Origin: a plasmid
Sequence record: NZ_CP019209.1
Strand: one strand, 5' to 3'
DNA length: 64,000 nt
Shown: one piece after another, positions 35,260 through 45,574 of the stretch
Numbering within the stretch: position 1 is the stretch's first letter
How the letters are laid out: each line of letters begins with the position of its first letter
Position numbers and translations under genes: made by a program
Notes under the pieces: generated by a model
What the model was told of the DNA's origin: nothing
Databases searched by the model: none
Seen by the model: the letters and a program-made list of their open reading frames with translations, nothing else

Positions 35260-36462
35260 TTGGTCGTCGATGCTGTTCTCTCGCCTACTCCTCGTGCTTG
35301 TAGAAGTTGTGGTTCTACTGTGGTAGATGGAAACGGGAAAGCAATTATAGTGAAAAATGGGAAGAAGGAAACGATTGTCCGTTTTGAACAATACAATCAT
35401 ATGCCTTTGGTTACGCGCCTAAAAAAGCAACGCTATACCTGTAAAAACTGTCGTACCCATTGGACGGCTCAAAGTTATTTTGTCCGACTCAGCCATTCAA
35501 TCGCAGATCATGTTCGATATAAAATTGCTTCTTTACTGACTGAAAAAGTATCTTTGTCTTTTATTGCGAAAAGTTGTCAGGTATCTTTGACTACCGTTAC
35601 TCGTACATTGAAAGAGTTTAAAAGCTATTTACCAAAGCCTTCTAAGAAGATTCTCCCCAGAGTATTGATGGTTGATGAATTTCGTTCGCACGCTTCCATA
35701 GAAGATAAAATGAGCTTTATTTGCGCAGATGGTGAAACAGGAAACTTAATTGCTGTCTTGCCTACGCGTAAATTACCTCGATTAACAAGCTATTTCTTAG
35801 GCTGCACCAATCCAGAAGAAGTAGAATTCTTAGTCACAGACATGAACGCCGCTTACTTCCAGCTTACCAAACGTGTTCTGCCAAATGCGAAAGTAGTGAT
35901 TGATCGGTTTCATATTGTCAAACACATGAATCAGGCACTCAATGAGTTGCGTATCCGTGAAATGAATGAGCTTCGTAAAGCAGGACAGAAAAGTCAGGCA
36001 GAAAAACTGAAAAAGAACTGGCGCTTTCTGCTAAAAAATCGTGCAAGCATCAACCATTATGAGTACAAAACATGGAAAAGTTTCCGAGCACCAAAATACC
36101 CATTTCTCACTGAAGCAATGATGATTGATCGATTGCTTGAGTTTTCTGCGCCTCTAAAGGAGGCGTATCCCTTTTTTCATGAATTAGTCGAAGCCTTTCG
36201 AGACAAAGACCCTGACTTATTTTTCTCCTTATTGGCAGAACTTCCCGAAACGTTAGATGACGGCTTTCGGGAGAAGCTTCAAAACCTTCTGACCTATGAA
36301 GAAGGTATCACCAGCGCAATGATCTATCCTTATTCCAATGGAAAAATTGAAGCGAAGAATACCCACATAAAGACAATGAAACGAGTATCCTACGGATTTA
36401 AATCATTCGAGAACATGAGAATTAGAATCTTTTTGATCAATCAATTAATCAATGTAAGATAA
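35260..36462 (+). pseudogene. 5'-truncated ISL3 (IS1251-like) transposase, 400 aa remaining
   Basis: ~95% identical to residues 32-431 of the 7827 ORF; lacks the N-terminus and the left IR. Confidence 0.8.
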
Positions 36463-36624
36463 CAAAAAATCTGAACCAGAATGTGGTTCATTCTGACCCG
36501 GATTTGATTTTGCACAACTCATCAGTCCTTATTGACAAAGAGCCAAAAATCTGAGCCAGAATGAGGTTCATTCTGACCCAGATTTGATTTTGTACAACCC
36601 ATCAGTCCTTATTGACAAAGAGCC
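36463..36624. repeat. Tandem duplication of the IS1251-like right terminus (2 x ~81 bp)
   Basis: Second unit is identical to 9125-9204; first unit differs by ~6 substitutions. Confidence 0.85.
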
Positions 36625-36640
36625 CTTCTTTTTAGTATTA

Positions 36641-36991
36641 TTATAATTCTTCCATGCGTTCTTCCAGTCGCTGTAAATCGCTTGGACTTAATTCCCCAAT
36701 TTTTTTCCATTTGACCTTTTTGTTGTTTTTGGGTAATTCGTTTAGAGTTCCTACGTCAATCCAAGATTCTTTTTTTAGTCCTGCCTGTTTCCAATCCCTT
36801 ATTTCAACGTATTTCAGCTTTATTTTATCGGATTTAGTATGATATTTTGAAGTAATTGACAGAAACGAAATTGTGTCCAGTCCATTTTTTAGAATATAGA
36901 CAGGCCGGCGTTTACCGCCCTCTGCAGCTGTGAAAGCAACGTAGACGGTTGCTATATCATTAGTATTCATCTTCATTGAACCATTCTTCAA
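36641..36991 (-). CDS. Type II toxin, MazF/PemK family (116 aa)
   Basis: DIATVYVAFTAAEGGKRRPVYIL...SITS...SWIDVGTLNEL...KIGELS follows the MazF/PemK pattern. Confidence 0.65.
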   Translation of the reverse strand: MKNGSMKMNTNDIATVYVAFTAAEGGKRRPVYILKNGLDTISFLSITSKYHTKSDKIKLKYVEIRDWKQAGLKKESWIDVGTLNELPKNNKKVKWKKIGELSPSDLQRLEERMEEL

Positions 36992-37232
36992 TTTTTTCGT
37001 CAGTGTCTAGTTTTTGGACAGGCAATTTTTCCGCTAATCTTTGAATATTATGGATTCGTTTACTTTTTTCCGACAATTCAATAGAAAATGGGATTTTTCC
37101 TTGCTCAACAATTTGCTTATAAAAAACGGTGACGGCTGTTTTGGGGCTCATGCCTAGTTCATCAATAATGCTTTCTGCTTCATTTTTCAATTTTTCGTCC
37201 ATAGAAATTTGTAACTTAGCCATTTTCTCCAC
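36960..37232 (-). CDS. Type II antitoxin, RelB/DinJ family (90 aa)
   Basis: RHH N-terminus LQISMDEKLKNEAESIIDELGMSPKTAVTVFYKQIVEQGKIPF; overlaps the toxin gene by 32 nt. Confidence 0.7.
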   Translation of the reverse strand: MEKMAKLQISMDEKLKNEAESIIDELGMSPKTAVTVFYKQIVEQGKIPFSIELSEKSKRIHNIQRLAEKLPVQKLDTDEKIEEWFNEDEY

Positions 37233-37682
37233 CTCTTTCTGACAAACACATTATATCACGGAAAGAGTTCAAATGGAATTAATACAACTACTTTTGAACT
37301 CCTTGAAATGCAGTGTATTTATCTAAATATAAGGAAAGGATATAGTGCTAAATGGCCTTGATAGATAGAAAAGTTTCAAAATCCGCCACAGCGATAATTG
37401 AAGCGAACACTCAACGACACACAGAACAGGAAAAGACTCCTAAAAGAACCAAATTAACTAGGACGTGTCTGAAAACTCCACAAAGATGTGGTATGCTCTG
37501 GTAAAAAACGAATGGCACAACCACGAAGACCGATATGGTTCTTGGAAAACTTTCTCCACCCTTTTTGTAATTGGAGGGATAGTGGTTTATTGATAGCGAT
37601 TTTCCAAGTTCTTCAAGTGGAACCAGACATTGAGCACCACGGCTAAAAAGTGAATGAAGTCTTTATTTTTAATCAATAATTT

Positions 37683-38507
37683 TTAATGATTACCAGTAAT
37701 TGGTTTTTTCATGCGCCCTATTTCTATTTGATGTGGAGTTAAATAATGCTGATAAGTAAAAATTTTTCCGTCAATTAAACTGCCACTAGTGAATCCTGTT
37801 CTATTGGTAAAAAGAGAATAGTCTGGGTATTCATCTACACCAAATGATAAAGATTCAGCCATAAACTGTTTTTTACCAGCAAATTCAGCACTGCTACCTT
37901 GATGGATATGTCCTACAAAAATACCTAAAATATCACTTTCGGCAATCAATTCAGCAAAACCTTCCGGAACTTCAGTTACAATAGATGGATCTTCCCACGA
38001 CAATGGATGATGAACCAATAAAATCGTTCCCTTTTCAGCAGGTGTACCCAACCACTCTTGTAATTGAATCATCTGTCCTATCGATATTTTTCCTTCGTGC
38101 TGGGTATCTTGAGCAGAATCCAAGGAAATAATTCGTAACCCATTTTGATTCGTACAATGGATATACTCTCCCGTTTCATTGCTTTCAACACTCATTCCTT
38201 CAAAGAAAACACTGCGACGATCATGATTCCCACGACAAAAATAGTAAGGTGTGGTTGGGAAATATTGATCCAACATTTTCCGTAAGACTTGATAATCAGA
38301 AATCCCCCCTTCATGTACTAAATCACCTGTTAATAGAATAAAATCGTACACTGTTAACGAGAGTTCTTGTAACAATTTTTCCAATGCCAACTGTGGATTT
38401 TTAATTGTTGGAAATAGTTCAGCAGTAAACAAGTTAGTTTGATAGTTTTCTCTAAAATGGATATCAGAGAGATGCAAAAAGCGCATGGCTATTCCCTCTT
38501 TCTTCAA
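37683..38507 (-). CDS. Calcineurin-like metallophosphoesterase (274 aa)
   Basis: Motifs LSDIHF, GDLVHEG and GNHD; last gene of the Ugp-like operon. Confidence 0.75.
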   Translation of the reverse strand: MKKEGIAMRFLHLSDIHFRENYQTNLFTAELFPTIKNPQLALEKLLQELSLTVYDFILLTGDLVHEGGISDYQVLRKMLDQYFPTTPYYFCRGNHDRRSVFFEGMSVESNETGEYIHCTNQNGLRIISLDSAQDTQHEGKISIGQMIQLQEWLGTPAEKGTILLVHHPLSWEDPSIVTEVPEGFAELIAESDILGIFVGHIHQGSSAEFAGKKQFMAESLSFGVDEYPDYSLFTNRTGFTSGSLIDGKIFTYQHYLTPHQIEIGRMKKPITGNH

Positions 38508-39588
38508 TAAAATAATCAGGATATCCTAAATTTTCTTGCGTCTGATAATCAAAAAAATGCATTCTTTCAGGTTCTATGCGGAGATTGACTGCATCACCAA
38601 TCTGCCAAGTAGGTTTTTCATTAAGGACAATCATTTCTATACCATCGACTTTAACGGTGTACGCATAACTTTGACCTAATAGCTCACGATACTTCACTTG
38701 ACCGTGTAAATCGCTTGTTTCTTTTGAAAAGGTTACGTGTTCTGGTCTTATGCCTAAATACAATGAGCCACTAACCTGAAGAAGTTGTTTTTGCCAAGCT
38801 GGATTCAATGTTAAAAATTGACTGGCTACCTTTAATGTTCCTTGATCATAAGTAACTGGCATAATATTCATGCCTGGCGAACCAATAAAATTTGCAGTAA
38901 AAGTATTTTTAGGTTTCGTATAAACATTTTTCGGCGTATCAATCATCTGAATTCTACCTTCATTCAATAAAACAATCCGGTCAGCTAACGTCATCGCTTC
39001 AATTTGATCATGAGTGACGTAGACAAAAGTTTGTTTATAACGTTGATGAATTTTTACCAATTCTTTTCGTGCATCCAATCGTAAACGCACATCCAAATTT
39101 GATAACGGTTCATCTAATAAAAAATAATTACTCCGTTTAACCACCGCACGAGCCAATGCTACACGCTGCCGTTGCCCTCCTGACAAATCTTTAGGAAGTC
39201 GATCTTGGTATGGCGTTAAACCTAACATCTTCAAAGCTTCTTCCAAACGGTGCTGAATGTCAGCTGTCTTAATTTTATTCGCCCTTAATGCAAAAATAAT
39301 ATTCTCCTTTACAGTCATGTGAGGATATAAAGCATAATTTTGAAAAACCATTGCGATCTCTCGTTCTCCACAAGGTAGCTTATTTGCTAGTTGTGTACCT
39401 AAAAAAAGCTCTCCACTCGTAATTTTTTCCAAACCAGCAATCATTCTCAGCAAAGTAGATTTTCCTGAACCAGATGGTCCCAGTAACACAATTCGTTCTC
39501 CAGCGGCCACAGCTAAATCAATTTCTTTTAAAATGGTATGTTCTCCATATTTTTTTCCGATATTTCTTAATTCAAGCGTTTCTCCCAT
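38464..39588 (-). CDS. ABC transporter ATP-binding protein, UgpC/MalK-type (374 aa)
   Basis: Walker A GPSGSGKST, signature LSGGQRQR, and a C-terminal TOBE-like domain. Confidence 0.9.
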   Translation of the reverse strand: MGETLELRNIGKKYGEHTILKEIDLAVAAGERIVLLGPSGSGKSTLLRMIAGLEKITSGELFLGTQLANKLPCGEREIAMVFQNYALYPHMTVKENIIFALRANKIKTADIQHRLEEALKMLGLTPYQDRLPKDLSGGQRQRVALARAVVKRSNYFLLDEPLSNLDVRLRLDARKELVKIHQRYKQTFVYVTHDQIEAMTLADRIVLLNEGRIQMIDTPKNVYTKPKNTFTANFIGSPGMNIMPVTYDQGTLKVASQFLTLNPAWQKQLLQVSGSLYLGIRPEHVTFSKETSDLHGQVKYRELLGQSYAYTVKVDGIEMIVLNEKPTWQIGDAVNLRIEPERMHFFDYQTQENLGYPDYFIEERGNSHALFASL

Positions 39589-39603
39589 GATTTGTCCTCC
39601 AAT

Positions 39604-40440
39604 TTATTTAATACCTGCAGAAACAAAAGTCCCGATAATATATTTTTGAAAAATTGCATACAAGACTAACGGTACAAACATTGTAATTAAACTAATCGCC
39701 ATTGCTACGGTAAAATTTGTCCCACCTTCAGAACTAATATAGGTCTGCATCGCCAACGGCAAAGTATAATTATCTACTGTCCGTAAAATTAATACCGGCC
39801 AAACATACTCATTCCAAGAGGTAATAAAAAACCAAATACCGGTAGAAGTAATCGCATGTCTAGTAAGAGGAAAAACAATTTTACTCATGACGGTTGTTTG
39901 TTTGATGTTATCCAATGCCGCCACATCTAGAAGGCTCACTGGAATTTCCCGCATTGTTTGCGTCAATAAAAAAATGCCCATCGCATCAGCAAATTGTGGT
40001 ATTATCACACCCCAAGTAGTATCAATTAAATTAAGTTTTGCAATCAACAAATAATTAGGAATCATCGCAACAGTAAAAGGAATGAACATCGTACCAATGA
40101 TGATAAAGTACCAGATTTTCTTCCCTTTGATTCGGCAATAAGTAAAACTATATGCCGCAAAAAAAGCTACGCCTAACTTAACAACCGTTATAATTGTAGC
40201 AATAAAAAAAGTATTTCTCGTAATTTTGATAATTGGAAGATTTTCGAACAAATAGCAAAAATTTTCCAAGGTAAACGGCTGTGGTATCAAACTAGTAATC
40301 GTCTGATAGGCATCTTTCAATGGCTTAAAAGAATTGGCCATAATAAACAATAATGGATAGATAATAATGATTATGATGAACATAAATAAGAGATGTGGCA
40401 ACCAGCGTTTAATTTTCATAGTAAACCCCCTTTTCCACAA
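39604..40440 (-). CDS. ABC transporter permease (UgpE-like)
   Basis: 6-TM permease of the MalG type. Confidence 0.8.
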   Translation of the reverse strand: MWKRGFTMKIKRWLPHLLFMFIIIIIIYPLLFIMANSFKPLKDAYQTITSLIPQPFTLENFCYLFENLPIIKITRNTFFIATIITVVKLGVAFFAAYSFTYCRIKGKKIWYFIIIGTMFIPFTVAMIPNYLLIAKLNLIDTTWGVIIPQFADAMGIFLLTQTMREIPVSLLDVAALDNIKQTTVMSKIVFPLTRHAITSTGIWFFITSWNEYVWPVLILRTVDNYTLPLAMQTYISSEGGTNFTVAMAISLITMFVPLVLYAIFQKYIIGTFVSAGIK

Positions 40441-41299
40441 ATTTAAATATTACCCCTAAGAAAACAGCAAATATTAATAAAGTTAAAACTGAAATTGCTG
40501 AAGATTCTCCGACTTTATACATTTCAAAAGCCTTTTGATAAGCATAATAGATCACGTTTGCACTACCATTATTCGGTCCACCACGAGTGATGATCTTAAT
40601 CGGAGTAAACACATACTGCAGACCTTGAACAATGGTCATCACCAATAAATATAGTCCTGTCGAACTACTCATAGGCAACACAATTGTAAAAAAAATGCGC
40701 CAGATGGGTACACGATCCAACTTAGCTGCTTCGATCATCTCTTGATCAATTCCCACAATTGCTGCAAAAATGACAATGAAATTATAACCAAAAACTTTCC
40801 AAGCAGTAATACCTGCAATCACAGCAATTACCCAACCTTGTAAATTCATCCACATAGGCAGTCTTAAACCAAAATTTCCCAACAAGACAGCAATTGGTCC
40901 CGATACCGGATTTAATATCCATGTAAAAACCATCCCCGCCACTACCAAAGAAATCACAGCTGGAATAAAAAATAATGGTTTATACAAATTCTGCCCTTTT
41001 TCTATAACTATTCCTAATAAAAAGGATGTAATATATGGGAACACACAGCTCAGCAAGACAAATAGAACGGTATAGGACAAAGTATTCTTCAACACTTTAT
41101 GAAAGACTGGATCAGTCAGCACCTTTACATAGTTGGCAAAGCCAACAAATTCTTTAGTGGGGGCCACCATATTCCAGTCAAAAAAACTCAAATAGATCGT
41201 ATAAATCAATGGATAAAAAACAAACACGCCCAACAAAATAATTGCTGGCGCCAGATACAAATAACCTACATAGCGCTTCATTTCCGACAGCCTCCTCAT
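40409..41299 (-). CDS. ABC transporter permease (UgpA-like)
   Basis: 6-TM permease of the MalF type. Confidence 0.8.
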   Translation of the reverse strand: MRRLSEMKRYVGYLYLAPAIILLGVFVFYPLIYTIYLSFFDWNMVAPTKEFVGFANYVKVLTDPVFHKVLKNTLSYTVLFVLLSCVFPYITSFLLGIVIEKGQNLYKPLFFIPAVISLVVAGMVFTWILNPVSGPIAVLLGNFGLRLPMWMNLQGWVIAVIAGITAWKVFGYNFIVIFAAIVGIDQEMIEAAKLDRVPIWRIFFTIVLPMSSSTGLYLLVMTIVQGLQYVFTPIKIITRGGPNNGSANVIYYAYQKAFEMYKVGESSAISVLTLLIFAVFLGVIFKFVEKGVYYEN

Positions 41300-41365
41300 C
41301 CTTATGTCAAAAGCAGACGACCTTGTTTTTCCTTTCTTACAGGCGCTGTCGTCTGCTTGCTTTGC

Positions 41366-42655
41366 TTATTTGAGTAACTCATTAATTTCCTTTTGAGTAG
41401 CTTTCATCGTTTCATTGACGGAATTACCTGATAAAATTTTATCCCGCATATCCAACAATTTTTGTTCAGCTTCTAATCCAGCATCTCCAGGAAATGAACT
41501 CCAACTGACCATCTTATCCATCTGATCAATTGCTGGTATCATCATCTGATTTTCAGCTAAGAAAGCTTTTAATCCATTTTGGGCGTCTGCAACATCTTTA
41601 CGTGGTGGTAAATAACCAGTACCTTCTGTCCATTTAGCTAAAGATTCAACACTATAAAGATATTTTAAGAAATCCCAAGTTGCTTCCTTTTTCTTATCCG
41701 TTTGTGATGTAACAGCTAACATTGCGCCACCAGCAGGTAGTTTAACTTTTTTCCCTTCCCAACTTGGTGACTCAACTGCTTTAGCAGTAAAAGTACTATT
41801 TTTTTGAATGTTGTCCCTTTGAGCAATAGTGGTATAGACCATCGCGACGTTACCATCAATAAAGCTTTGCACACCTTGTTCCCACGTAGTGTGTAATGCC
41901 GTCTGGTCTTTTACCATCCTTTGATATAATTCATAAGCAGCGATACCATCTTTAGAAGCAAAGGTAGCTTTGCCATCTTTTATTACACTTGCCCCATTAC
42001 TTTCTAAAATTGCTTGTTGTGCCCAATTATCAGCAGGTTCTTGAATATACACGCCATACTTTCCAGTTTTTTCTTTTATTATCTTAGAAAAAGTTTGAAC
42101 TTCTTCCCAAGTTTTTGGACCATTTTCATCCAAGCCCGCTGCTTTTAATATATCTTGATTTAAATATAAAACCGGATTACTAATGGAGTAAGGAATACCC
42201 ACTTGTTTACCATCTTTTTCAGACAGTGCCATGATATTGTCTAAAAAATGATCTTTAAAATAATCAGCATTATCCGGATCCACTTCTTCTACTAAAGATT
42301 GAGGATTAGTATATTTGAAATTTTCTGCAAAATAATCTTTAAAAGCCCATCCCACTTGTACTACGTCCGGTATTTCTTTGGAGGCAACAGAAGCTTGTAA
42401 ATTTTGCATCAAGCCTTTATACATATCAGGATTATATTTTGCTACAACCTTCACTTTGTCTTGAGATTGATTGTATTTATCTACTAATTCATTCACTGTT
42501 TTTCCACCTAGGGTATCCGCATTAACATGCCAATACTCTATCGTTACACGACCCTCCGATTTTTTTGTTGTCTTGGTATTCCCACTACCACAAGCTGCCA
42601 AAGAGATGACACTTAAAACAGACACAACCCCTATAACAAGATTTTTCTTTAACAT
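41366..42655 (-). CDS. Solute-binding lipoprotein (UgpB-like, 429 aa)
   Basis: Lipobox LAACGSG; family-1 SBP. Confidence 0.8.
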   Translation of the reverse strand: MLKKNLVIGVVSVLSVISLAACGSGNTKTTKKSEGRVTIEYWHVNADTLGGKTVNELVDKYNQSQDKVKVVAKYNPDMYKGLMQNLQASVASKEIPDVVQVGWAFKDYFAENFKYTNPQSLVEEVDPDNADYFKDHFLDNIMALSEKDGKQVGIPYSISNPVLYLNQDILKAAGLDENGPKTWEEVQTFSKIIKEKTGKYGVYIQEPADNWAQQAILESNGASVIKDGKATFASKDGIAAYELYQRMVKDQTALHTTWEQGVQSFIDGNVAMVYTTIAQRDNIQKNSTFTAKAVESPSWEGKKVKLPAGGAMLAVTSQTDKKKEATWDFLKYLYSVESLAKWTEGTGYLPPRKDVADAQNGLKAFLAENQMMIPAIDQMDKMVSWSSFPGDAGLEAEQKLLDMRDKILSGNSVNETMKATQKEINELLK

Positions 42656-42798
42656 AACATTAACTTCCTCCTAATTTCTTTATGGCCATTTTTCTAATCA
42701 AGAAATATTATGAACTACCAATGTAAATTTCTAGTTAATTTTCTGTAAATAATTCGAAATTTGTGCATTTCGGGGTACAGGGTCACTGGACATATCCA

Positions 42799-43563
42799 TC
42801 AAGCTAAGAATAAAGCCCCCATATGGTCATGTATCCCATCTCCAAATCTCTTAACTCCTCTGTTTTGATTATAAAATAGTTTATTCTGTGCTCCTTTCTT
42901 CCATAAATAGGCCCATGCACAACGTGAGGTTATATTATAAACACCACAGCGCGCAAGGTACTCAATCGTTTCTAGTTCATTGACTGTCCATACAGAAAAT
43001 GTCAATCCTAGCTGCTGCCCCACTTCACGGGCCAACTTAGTTAACCATCCTTCATGAATATTGACGATTTGAACGCTTTGATAGGCTAATTTCTGTAAGG
43101 TATCGATCAAATCTGCTTCGGTAATATCCCCAAGTTTTTTCCCTTCGAACTGATTTTCAATATTATAAAATATATGCTTTCCCCAAATCGCAGCCCAAGA
43201 TAATTGTACATAGCCACTAAGAACAATTTGTGGCCAGATTTGATAGGTTTGTGCCAGCGAAAAAACGGCCATTTCCAATCCCTCTTCTTTTAAATCACAG
43301 TTAATGGTCATGGTTGCCTTCTCATTGGCCACTGCTTGAAACACCTGCTCAAGGGTTACCGAATCTGGGACAACTTCTTACCTGTCATGGGCTAGTATTA
43401 GCGTACCATCTGTTTGCTGACGCACATCTACTTCAAAACAAAGCTGGCGATCCAAACAAAAGCGAAGAAATGCCCAGCTATTCTCCTCCGTATTGTCACT
43501 ACCAGAGTGTGCAGTGATCATGGTCATTTTGACCCCTCCTTTAATTCCGTGATTTTCTCCCAC
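42799..43563 (-). pseudogene. Glycerophosphodiester phosphodiesterase (GDPD) gene interrupted by one in-frame TAA
   Basis: The 61-aa ORF (GDPD N-terminal motifs ITAHSG...FEVDV..T.DG..ILAHD) and the 181-aa ORF are in the same frame, 36 nt apart, separated only by a TAA at 43378-43380. Confidence 0.7.
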
Positions 43564-44003
43564 ACGTCCACTATACCGATGAAGCGTTAATTTCTTGTTA
43601 ATTTCTTGTAAATTCCCTGCGTTTTTTCAGTAAACTAGTTGTAAATCTTGCATGCTCCTTCCTACGAACTCATGAATCGTCGATTTTGCCCTTCTAGCTA
43701 GTTTCACCAATTAAGTAGTTCTACATTCCCCGCTTTTAACCTACTACACCTTTTTTTGTTTTCAGCTATTCCTTCTTCTTGCTGAAAGTCCTTGAGGTTC
43801 TTTCTTACAGGATACCATCAAGGTGTTCAATGGCTTATTCCCATTGAATGACCGAGACTTACTATCAGATTTCTGCTCGTTGAACCAAGTCTTTGATACA
43901 GGATTTCTTCCGTCATCTTCTCACAAATACCACCTTGCGTTTCTCTAGCGATTGGTCGATGTGCACCCTCCCAGTGGACTGTCACTACCCCTTTTTGCTA
44001 TGC

Positions 44004-45500
44004 CTAGCCCACAAAAAAAGCTGTCCTCACAGACAGCCAGACTGTAGACAAAAGCTGTTCCAAACTCGTAACTCGAGCTTGGAACAGCTTTTTATCTACT
44101 TCGTTTCGAATTTTTGAACAAAAAAATAAAGGCTCCTTGCCTTTCCATAGCCAGGTGGCTAATTTCTTTAAATTCATTGCAGCAAACACTAGCATCGTAT
44201 GCGTCGCGACTTTTTCCAAGCCTCGATACTTGGTCCAACGCATCCCATGCTTTTCTTTTGCATCCGCAAATATTCGTTCAATCGTTTGTTTCCGTTTTTT
44301 GTAAATTGATTTATTCAGATCTGTTAGGCGAAGATGTTCCACTTCATCCATCAGATCTCCCCAAACATGTCTCGTGATGACTCGTTGATGATTTTTACTT
44401 ATGGTACATTGGTTTAGCAGAGGACAGTTCACACATTCTTTTGGATTGGATTTGTATTCTCGGTACCCTTCTCGAGTAACCGTTGAAAAAGCGAGCATTT
44501 GATCTTGCGGACAAATATAACAATCAAAATACTCGTCATAGAGAAACTCATTTTTTGATAATAGCCCCTTTTTCCCTTTGGGCCTTGAATAAGGCAAACA
44601 AGGTCGAAGGTTCAAATGAGTCAAAAAGTGAACAAACTTAGGTGTCTTATACCCAGCATCAGCGACAACACAATTGATTTCAGGAAAAAGTCTCTTCGAT
44701 TGTTTGACGAGCTGAAAGGCGACTTGACTGTCATGAATATTTCCAGGAGTGATGATTGTGCTAAGAATAAATCCATTGTCGTCGCATGAAGTATGGGCAG
44801 AATAAGCAAATTGTTTTTCTCGTTCGCCTTTGACGTAGTAGCCGCTTTCCGGATCAGCTTTACTTATTTTTCTTTCTTTCAGCTTCACTTCCTTTTCTAA
44901 GTCCAAAGTAAAAGGGCGTTTTCCAGCCTCTATTCGTTGACGATTGATCTCATCTTCTAATTCATCCTGATAGGCTTTCGCTTCATCATGGGTCATTTCT
45001 TTCGTAAACTTATGTTTATTGGCGTTAGCTTTGATGTGGGTAGAATCCAGATACAAATTATCCTCTGTTACAAAACCTGCTTTAACTGCTTGTTCTAAAA
45101 TATAGGCAAAAATATCCTCAAACACCGTCGTTTCTCTAAATCGGCGAACATAATTCTTTCCAAAAGTTGAGAAATGGGGGATTTTCTCCTCGAAGGAGTA
45201 GCCTAAGAACCAGCGGTAAGCGACATTGGTATCGACTTCCTTAATGGTTTGTCGCATGGAACGGATACCGAATAAATACTGAATAAACACCAATTTGATC
45301 AGAATCACTGGATCGATACTTGGGCGACCTAAATCGGAGTAAGTGGCTTCGACGATTGGATAAATAAATTCAAAATCAAGCGCGGCATCAATCTTTCGAA
45401 CGAGATGATCTTGAGGAACTAGATCATCAATCGTAAGCATCGCAAATTGATTTCTACCATTCGTATTGTTTTTAGACATCATAGCTATCACTCCTTGCAT
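44004..45500 (-). CDS. tnp: IS1182-family transposase (498-aa ORF; the last ~11 codons read past the IR into flank)
   Basis: DUF772-like N-terminus (LVPQDHLVRKIDAALDF) and a DDE_Tnp_1-type C-terminus. Confidence 0.85.
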   Translation of the reverse strand: MQGVIAMMSKNNTNGRNQFAMLTIDDLVPQDHLVRKIDAALDFEFIYPIVEATYSDLGRPSIDPVILIKLVFIQYLFGIRSMRQTIKEVDTNVAYRWFLGYSFEEKIPHFSTFGKNYVRRFRETTVFEDIFAYILEQAVKAGFVTEDNLYLDSTHIKANANKHKFTKEMTHDEAKAYQDELEDEINRQRIEAGKRPFTLDLEKEVKLKERKISKADPESGYYVKGEREKQFAYSAHTSCDDNGFILSTIITPGNIHDSQVAFQLVKQSKRLFPEINCVVADAGYKTPKFVHFLTHLNLRPCLPYSRPKGKKGLLSKNEFLYDEYFDCYICPQDQMLAFSTVTREGYREYKSNPKECVNCPLLNQCTISKNHQRVITRHVWGDLMDEVEHLRLTDLNKSIYKKRKQTIERIFADAKEKHGMRWTKYRGLEKVATHTMLVFAAMNLKKLATWLWKGKEPLFFCSKIRNEVDKKLFQARVTSLEQLLSTVWLSVRTAFFVG

Positions 45501-45574
45501 TCGTTTTCATAAATCTATTATAAAAGAAAAGACTGTAGACATCATCCATAAAATGGACTTTGTCTACAGTCTGC
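44036..45574 (-). mobile_element. IS1182-family IS inserted into the 3' end of an IS256-family element
   Basis: Terminal IRs CAGACTGTAGACAAAG at 44036 and its rc at 45556-45574. The IS256 Tnp ORF reads through from IS256 sequence into this element's terminus (…TVDKVHFMDDVYS is encoded by the IR). Confidence 0.7.

Larger units (their letters stand above)
35222..36624 (+). mobile_element. Rearranged IS1251-like ISL3 copy: IRR-like sequence abutting a 5'-deleted element, followed by two tandem ~80-bp right-end copies
   Basis: 35222-35247 CAGTCCTATTTGACAAAGAGCC (right-IR-like) joins directly to internal tnp sequence equivalent to position 7905 of the intact copy. Right ends lie at 36463-36544 and 36545-36624. 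Confidence 0.7.

Noticed and set aside
36463-36626. Tandem ~80-bp repeats that could be mistaken for a CRISPR-like or satellite array
   Set aside because: There are only two units, each a full copy of the ISL3 right terminus including the IR. They have no spacers and no cas genes, so this is an IS end duplication.
43563-44035. Non-coding block between the GDPD gene and IS1182; checked as a possible remnant of the missing IS256 3' end
   Set aside because: Minus-strand translations do not continue the IS256 transposase. It contains only short direct repeats (TTAATTTCTTG x2) and a terminator-like hairpin at 44011-44035, so I leave it as unassigned intergenic DNA.
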